Assembly: GCA_009392915.1 (NCBI GenBank)
Contig: CP045477.1
Coordinates: 352,001-416,000 of the forward strand
Source of the DNA: Candidatus Forterrea multitransposorum CG_2015-17_Forterrea_25_41
GTDB lineage: Archaea > Iainarchaeota > Iainarchaeia > Iainarchaeales > CSSED10-239
Reading direction: 5' to 3'
DNA length: 64,000 bases
Shown here piece after piece: positions 58,567 to 64,000 of the stretch. The translations under genes were made by a program, and so were the position numbers. Position 1 is the first letter of the stretch. Every line of letters starts with the position of its first letter. The notes beneath the pieces were generated by a model. It searched no databases, was not told where the DNA came from, and saw only the letters and a program-made list of their open reading frames with translations.

Positions 58567-59220
58567 TTAAGTATAAATTATTTTACTTTTTATAAATTTA
58601 ATTTCAAGTTTTTCTGTGCATTTAATTTTAATTATTATATTTGCACTTTTTGAAAAATTATCTGCAAAAATATTTATGTTTGAACTAATTTTATATATTT
58701 TATTTTTTTCAAATTTAATTTTAGGAAATCCAATAGGTATTTGTTTAATCATAGGTAAAATATTTCCATTTATATTTACACTTCCTTCAAAAAAATTAAA
58801 TAAATCTAAATAATGCAATTCATTTTTAGATAAATTAAAATTTTCTTTACCTTCAGAACATTTACCTTTATGAGTTGCACTCCAGACAAAATAATTAGGA
58901 TCAAAAGGATATATTTTTTTATTATTCAATTTTATTTCATTACATTTAATTTTAATATTGTTTATTGCTATTGAACCTATATTTATTACTTTTATTCTAA
59001 AATAAATTAAATTACAACTTGAACCATCATGTTGATTAATATAAATTTTATTAATCTTATGAACACAGTTAACATCATCTAAATCAATTTTAATTTTTGG
59101 TTTTTTAATAAAATTAATAATATCTTCTTTAAATAATGCAACAACTACTGCACATAGAGTTAAAAAAGCCATAATTATTTGAATAATTGAATCTAAATTA
59201 TTTTCAACCATCAATACCAT
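58567..59220 (-). CDS. single-pass membrane protein of unknown function, translationally coupled to hsdR (17-nt overlap)
   Basis: N-terminal TM IIQIIMAFLTLCAVVVALF; no motifs. Confidence 0.45.
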   Translation of the reverse strand: MVLMVENNLDSIIQIIMAFLTLCAVVVALFKEDIINFIKKPKIKIDLDDVNCVHKINKIYINQHDGSSCNLIYFRIKVINIGSIAINNIKIKCNEIKLNNKKIYPFDPNYFVWSATHKGKCSEGKENFNLSKNELHYLDLFNFFEGSVNINGNILPMIKQIPIGFPKIKFEKNKIYKISSNINIFADNFSKSANIIIKIKCTEKLEIKFIKSKIIYT

Positions 59221-62200
59221 CTCTACAAATTCTTTCTGCTTGTTCTAAAACCAATTTTACTGCTTCTGCTTGCATATCAGGAGGATAACCATACTTTGAA
59301 AGAATTCTCTTAACCAAAACTCTTATCTTTGCTCTTTCAGTTTCTCTAATTTCCCAATCAACGCTTGTTGTATTCTTTTTAATAGTATCTGTTAAAATTT
59401 TTGCAATAACAACTATTTGTTTATCCCCTAAAACATCTAAAGCACTTTTATTATTTGAAAGAGCATCATAAAAAGCAACTTCATCTTCGGATAAATCAAG
59501 TTCTTCACCTTTCTTTTCAGAAGCTTTAATTTCTTTTGCAATTTTTAATAGTTCTTCAATAACTTCAACAGTTGTTATACTTCTATTAGTATATAATTTA
59601 ATAATATTTTCAATCATTTCCTTAAAAGATCTTTGTTTTACAATATTTTTTCTAAATCTGGATTTAATTTCATCATTAAGAAGTTTTCTATACATCTCTA
59701 ATGCTAAATTCTTTTGAGGTAAATTTTTAATTTCAAGCATAAATTCTTCAGAAAGTATAGAAATATCTGGTCTTTTAAGTCCTGCAACTTTTAAAACATC
59801 CATAATTCCAGAAGACATTATTGATTTTGAAATTAATTGATTTAAATTTTGTTCTAAAAGCTCAGTTTGAGAAATATTTCTAGTAACAGTATTTTTTACA
59901 AACTGTGATTTAATTGCTTGGAAAAATGCAATTTCTTCTTTTAAATCTAAAGCTCTTTTATCAGGAACTGCTAAAGAGAATGCTCTTAAAAGATTAATAG
60001 TTGCATCAATAAATCTTTTTTTACCATCTTCTTGTTTTAATATATGTTCCATTGCATTAATTAAAAGCTTCATTCTATAATTTGTGTCTTTATTTTCTAA
60101 ATCATATTCAAACTTATATAATAAAGATTTAACAACATCATATTTATTTAATAATAAATTTACTGCTTCTTCTTGATTAATTCCAACCTTTTGTTGATCT
60201 TTTGGAGAATAATTACCTAAGGCTTCTTTTAATTGAGTAAGTATACTTATATAATCTACAATTAATCCACCTTGTTTTTCTCCAAAAACTCTATTTACTC
60301 TTGCAATTGCTTGCATTAAATTATGGTCTTTCATTGGTTTATCAATATACATTGTATGAAGAGAAGGAACATCAAAACCAGTAAGCCACATATCTCTTAC
60401 AATTACAAGTTTAATCTCTGAAGAAGGATCTTTAAAAACATCTCCAATTTCTCTTCTTTTTTCTGAATTTCTAATATGTCTTTGCCAGTCTAAAGGGTCA
60501 GTTGCGTTACCAGTCATTATTACCTTTAAAAATCCTTTTTTATCATCTTCGTTATCCCACTCTGGTTTAATTTTTATTATTTCATTATATAAATCTACAC
60601 ATATTCTTCTAGACATACAAACAATAATACCTTTTCCTGGCATTCCTAGTTGTCTTTCTTGGAAATGATTTATTATATCTTTTGCAATTTCTTTAATTCT
60701 TTCAGGATGACCTATTATTTTTTCAATTCTTGCCCATTTACTTTTTAATTGTTCTTTTGTATCTTTTTCTTCAGTTTCTGTTACATATTCAAAATCTTTA
60801 TCTAAAGTTATTTGAGATTCTGGATTTAAAGATATTTTTGCAAGTCTACTTTCATAGTAAATAGGAACTGTCATTTTATCTTCAACAGCTTTACTGATAT
60901 CATAAACATCTACATTTTCTCCAAATACATTTCTTGTACTTTTATCACTTTTTTCAATTGGAGTTCCTGTAAAACCAATATAGGTTGCATTTGGAAGAGC
61001 ATCTCTTAGGTTTTTTGCAAAACCTTCTAAAAAACCATATTGTGATCTATGTGCTTCATCAACAATAACAACTATATTTTCTCTATTTGATAGTTCTGGA
61101 TAAACTTCTCCTTTATTTTCTGATGAAAATTTTTGAATTGTTGAAAAAATAACTCCTCCAGAAGATACTTGTAATAGTCTTTTAATTTCTTCTCTATCTT
61201 CTGCTTGTTTTGGATCTTGTCTTAAAACATCTTTACATTTTGAAAATGTTGTGAAAAGTTGATCATCTAGTTCGTTTCTATCTGTTAAAACTAATAAAGT
61301 TGGATTGTTTAGTTGTTGTATAACTTTTCCTGAATAGAAAAGCATGGTTAATGATTTTCCTGAACCTTGAGTATGCCAAACAACACCTGCTCTTTTATCT
61401 TTTCCTTTAACAGCTTTAATTGTTGAAGATACTGCATTGTTTGTTGCATTATATTGATGATATGCTGCTATTTTTTTAATAGTTTTATCTTTATCTGCTT
61501 CATAGACTATAAAATTGTTTATTAAGTCTAATAATGTTTCTTTATTTAACATTCCTCTTATTAAAACTTCTAATTGTGTTAAATAAGAGGCTTGATCTTT
61601 ATATATTGTTTTCCAGATCATGAATCTATCTAGATTTGAAGAAATTGTTCCAACTCTTGTGTCTGTTCCGTCTGAAATTACTAAAATTTGATTATAGTTA
61701 AAGATTGTTGGAATTTCTTGTTTGTATGTTTGTAATTGGTTGTATGCTTTTTTAATATCTGCATTTTCATCTGTTGGATTTTTTAATTCTATTAAAACAA
61801 CTGGTATTCCATTTATAAATAAAATAATGTCTGGTCTTCTGGTATGTTCAGTTTCTTTAATTGTAAATTGGTTTAATGCTATAAATTCATTATTGTTTAT
61901 GTTATCTTTGTCTATTAAGTTTATTTTTATCCATTTTAGGTTTCCATTTATTCTTGTTTGAACGGTTATTCCTTCTGTTAGATATTTGTAAATTTGTTTG
62001 TTGTTTTCTATTAGTTTTTGTGATTCTATTCTTTGTAGTTTTTTAATAGCTTCTTGTTTTGCATCTTCAGGAAGATTTGGGTTTATATCACTTATTTTTC
62101 TTTTTAAAGTTTCATTTAAGAGCACTTGTGAGAAATCATCTCTTTCTGGTCTTTGGCTATCTGGAGCTATGTCTACTCCATTAAGTTTAGTGTAACCTAT

Positions 62201-62260
62201 TTCTTCAAACCAAGAAAGTGCTTGGTTTTCCACATCTCCTTCTCTTAAAAATGATGTCAT
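59204..62260 (-). CDS. hsdR: Type I restriction enzyme R subunit
   Basis: HsdR N-terminal nuclease region, SF2 helicase motifs (TGSGKS-like HTQGSGKS, DEAH-like VDEAHRSQ) and a long C-terminal helical domain; 1018 aa. Confidence 0.85.
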   Translation of the reverse strand: MTSFLREGDVENQALSWFEEIGYTKLNGVDIAPDSQRPERDDFSQVLLNETLKRKISDINPNLPEDAKQEAIKKLQRIESQKLIENNKQIYKYLTEGITVQTRINGNLKWIKINLIDKDNINNNEFIALNQFTIKETEHTRRPDIILFINGIPVVLIELKNPTDENADIKKAYNQLQTYKQEIPTIFNYNQILVISDGTDTRVGTISSNLDRFMIWKTIYKDQASYLTQLEVLIRGMLNKETLLDLINNFIVYEADKDKTIKKIAAYHQYNATNNAVSSTIKAVKGKDKRAGVVWHTQGSGKSLTMLFYSGKVIQQLNNPTLLVLTDRNELDDQLFTTFSKCKDVLRQDPKQAEDREEIKRLLQVSSGGVIFSTIQKFSSENKGEVYPELSNRENIVVIVDEAHRSQYGFLEGFAKNLRDALPNATYIGFTGTPIEKSDKSTRNVFGENVDVYDISKAVEDKMTVPIYYESRLAKISLNPESQITLDKDFEYVTETEEKDTKEQLKSKWARIEKIIGHPERIKEIAKDIINHFQERQLGMPGKGIIVCMSRRICVDLYNEIIKIKPEWDNEDDKKGFLKVIMTGNATDPLDWQRHIRNSEKRREIGDVFKDPSSEIKLVIVRDMWLTGFDVPSLHTMYIDKPMKDHNLMQAIARVNRVFGEKQGGLIVDYISILTQLKEALGNYSPKDQQKVGINQEEAVNLLLNKYDVVKSLLYKFEYDLENKDTNYRMKLLINAMEHILKQEDGKKRFIDATINLLRAFSLAVPDKRALDLKEEIAFFQAIKSQFVKNTVTRNISQTELLEQNLNQLISKSIMSSGIMDVLKVAGLKRPDISILSEEFMLEIKNLPQKNLALEMYRKLLNDEIKSRFRKNIVKQRSFKEMIENIIKLYTNRSITTVEVIEELLKIAKEIKASEKKGEELDLSEDEVAFYDALSNNKSALDVLGDKQIVVIAKILTDTIKKNTTSVDWEIRETERAKIRVLVKRILSKYGYPPDMQAEAVKLVLEQAERICRDGIDG

Positions 62261-64000
62261 AATTTATCACAATTATTATTTTTAATAAAAACATATAATC
62301 TTTTTATTAATTCTTGAGTAATATTTGGTAAATCATTAAATTTTATTTCTTTATCAGTCATATATTTAATTGATTTTTTTGAAAATTCTAATTTAGAATT
62401 TATTTTTTTATATTTATTTGTATCTTGAATTGAATTAAATAAACTTGAATCTATTTTGTTATCTACAAATATATTTTGCCCTAATTCATCAGGAGTAAAA
62501 ACTTTATCTTTAAAACTAAAAATGTCATTAAAAATTTCACAAGGCAACAAATATTCTATTTCTTTATGATATGCCCAAAAATTAGAAGGTAAATTTTCAG
62601 ATAATATTTTTAATCTATTTCCTTTAATATTAATTTTTGGTTCAATAACATCATTTTCTGAATCTATAGATAAATATTTTTTACCAGTTAAAGGGTTATA
62701 ACCATCATTATCAGCAATAATAAAATTATTTTTATTAATTGCATCTACAGTAATTTTTAAATTATCTTCAATATCTAAAAAGTTAAAATGAACAATATTG
62801 CCTCCACCATATTCAATAAAAGAATAGTGTTTATCTTCATTAAATTTAATTAAACTTGAATCTGAATCAAAATATAATTCCAAATATTTTTTAATATATA
62901 GTCTATCAGATATCCCTTCTACCCAAATAATACAATTAGATAAAAATACAGATGAGTTACGTACTTCGAGTAAATCTAAAATATCCTTATTTTGAGTAGT
63001 ATTTTTAATTACAAAATTACTATTGTTTTTTTCAAATGAATAAATAGATTTATTATTATAATCAAGTGTAATATCTAAAAGATGATTGGAATGTGTAGTT
63101 ATAAATATTTGTGCATTTTTTGCAAATTCACTATTATATACTTCTAATAATTTTCTTTGCATCCCTGGATGTAATGTTAATTCTGGTTCTTCAATAAATA
63201 TTAATAAATTTTCATTAAAATATTTAAATAATGGAAAAGTACATATCATAATAGTCTGTAATCCATCTCCAAGTTCATAAATAGGTCTTTCAACATCATC
63301 AATTTGTATATACAGTACATCAGAATTAATATTAGGAATTAAATTTATGTGCCTATCATTAAAAAAAGATTTACTTAGAAAATCTTCATAATTTTTTATT
63401 AAATTTCTTTCTTTTTGACTTCCTAATAGCATTTTTTTAATATCCTCATATAAAGATAATCCTGTAAATATAAAACAATTGGGATATTTTGTATTAAAAT
63501 CAATAATATATTTATCAGAGTGATTTTCATTAAAATAATCGTATTTTGTTCTATCTTGATAACAATCAAAATCATTAAATAAAAAAGATTCACTAATTAA
63601 TTTTGATTTTTCATCAGAAGAATCATTTCTAATTATTGGTCTAAGACCTCTTAACATAGGAATATATAAATAAGTATATTTTTGATCTAATCCAACTGTT
63701 AGTTCATCTTTAGTTTTAATAAATTTATCTATAAATAGAGCTAATTCATTTGTTTTAATATTACCATTATAAGTAGTGACATCTCCATTAGTTGAAGTCT
63801 TTATATTTGTTTTAATTTCGTCGTGAAATTTTAAAGAAATAGACAGGTCAGAAACATATTCTATATCTTTATATTTTAAAGGAATATTTAACACTTCAGT
63901 ATTAGGTAATTTATCTATATTAGGATATTTTCTAATTAATTCTTTAGAAATATTTTCATACATATTATATACTTCTAAGGTTTTTACTGTATTATAAGTA
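62257..64000 (-). CDS. OLD-family-like ABC ATPase + TOPRIM nuclease protein, N-terminally truncated by the window edge
   Basis: Signature/Walker B/H-loop block YELGDGLQ...LLIFIEEPELTLHP...IFITTHS, then a TOPRIM-like IIWVEGISDRLYI. No Walker A within the window. The reading frame stays open from the M at 63963 to position 64000. 4-bp overlap with hsdR. Confidence 0.5.
   Translation of the reverse strand, partial: TYNTVKTLEVYNMYENISKELIRKYPNIDKLPNTEVLNIPLKYKDIEYVSDLSISLKFHDEIKTNIKTSTNGDVTTYNGNIKTNELALFIDKFIKTKDELTVGLDQKYTYLYIPMLRGLRPIIRNDSSDEKSKLISESFLFNDFDCYQDRTKYDYFNENHSDKYIIDFNTKYPNCFIFTGLSLYEDIKKMLLGSQKERNLIKNYEDFLSKSFFNDRHINLIPNINSDVLYIQIDDVERPIYELGDGLQTIMICTFPLFKYFNENLLIFIEEPELTLHPGMQRKLLEVYNSEFAKNAQIFITTHSNHLLDITLDYNNKSIYSFEKNNSNFVIKNTTQNKDILDLLEVRNSSVFLSNCIIWVEGISDRLYIKKYLELYFDSDSSLIKFNEDKHYSFIEYGGGNIVHFNFLDIEDNLKITVDAINKNNFIIADNDGYNPLTGKKYLSIDSENDVIEPKINIKGNRLKILSENLPSNFWAYHKEIEYLLPCEIFNDIFSFKDKVFTPDELGQNIFVDNKIDSSLFNSIQDTNKYKKINSKLEFSKKSIKYMTDKEIKFNDLPNITQELIKRLYVFIKNNNCDKL

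Noticed and set aside
1-64000. CRISPR arrays, transposases/IS elements, integrases, 23S/5S rRNA
   Set aside because: Searched by eye for short regularly spaced direct repeats and for DDE/tyrosine-recombinase motifs. None found in this window.

Overview
This is a very AT-rich (about 25-30% GC by eye) archaeal chromosome segment. The archaeal assignment rests on several things read from the sequence: 16S rRNA termini ATTCCAGCTGATCC...GGATCACCTCCT, an intron-containing tRNA-Tyr, ribosomal proteins L40e and L41e, FEN-1, deoxyhypusine synthase and leaderless, SD-led genes. The gene content and reduced, patchy metabolism look DPANN-like. The window holds about 75 genes on both strands.

Housekeeping content includes lysS (class II), glmS, malic enzyme, tdk, uvrB, a DEAD-box helicase, FEN-1, a site-2 protease and a polyamine/hypusine cluster (agmatinase, fold-III decarboxylase, deoxyhypusine synthase). 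RNA genes are a 16S rRNA with tRNA-Ala downstream and no 23S, tRNA-Glu, tRNA-Gly, an intron-containing tRNA-Tyr, and two small ribosomal protein genes (L41e, L40e) missing from the ORF track.

The more unusual content is as follows.
- A cytoplasmic 808-aa protein made almost entirely of about 68 tandem 10-residue repeats.
- A cluster of secreted or membrane surface proteins: a DsbA-like protein, a TSP3-like Ca-binding protein, a 720-aa Cys-rich protein and an esterase.
- A four-gene module coupling a GcvH-like lipoyl carrier, lipoate-protein ligase, an AhpD-like protein and a thioredoxin-CcdA membrane reductase. This is a putative lipoyl-dependent redox relay in an organism that appears to lack 2-oxoacid dehydrogenases in this window.
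- Two divergent families of tandem or dispersed paralogs of unknown function: an ELK/kinase-like pair, and a PxIxP...GYTT...YFTPE family with a third decayed copy.
- A GC-rich structured non-coding island bounded by 12-bp inverted repeats.
- A conserved 28-nt hairpin trailer after two tRNAs, plus a decayed copy next to a pseudogene.
- A 3' defence/mobile island from about 48.8 kb to 64 kb. It contains 21-bp direct repeats flanking an AbiEi/AbiEii pair, a DinD-like gene and a GNAT gene fragment; a RhuM-like gene; an HExxH protein; and a Type I hsdR. The hsdR is translationally coupled to an unknown membrane protein and preceded by an OLD-family-like ATPase-TOPRIM gene that runs off the window edge.

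No CRISPR array, transposase or integrase was recognised.
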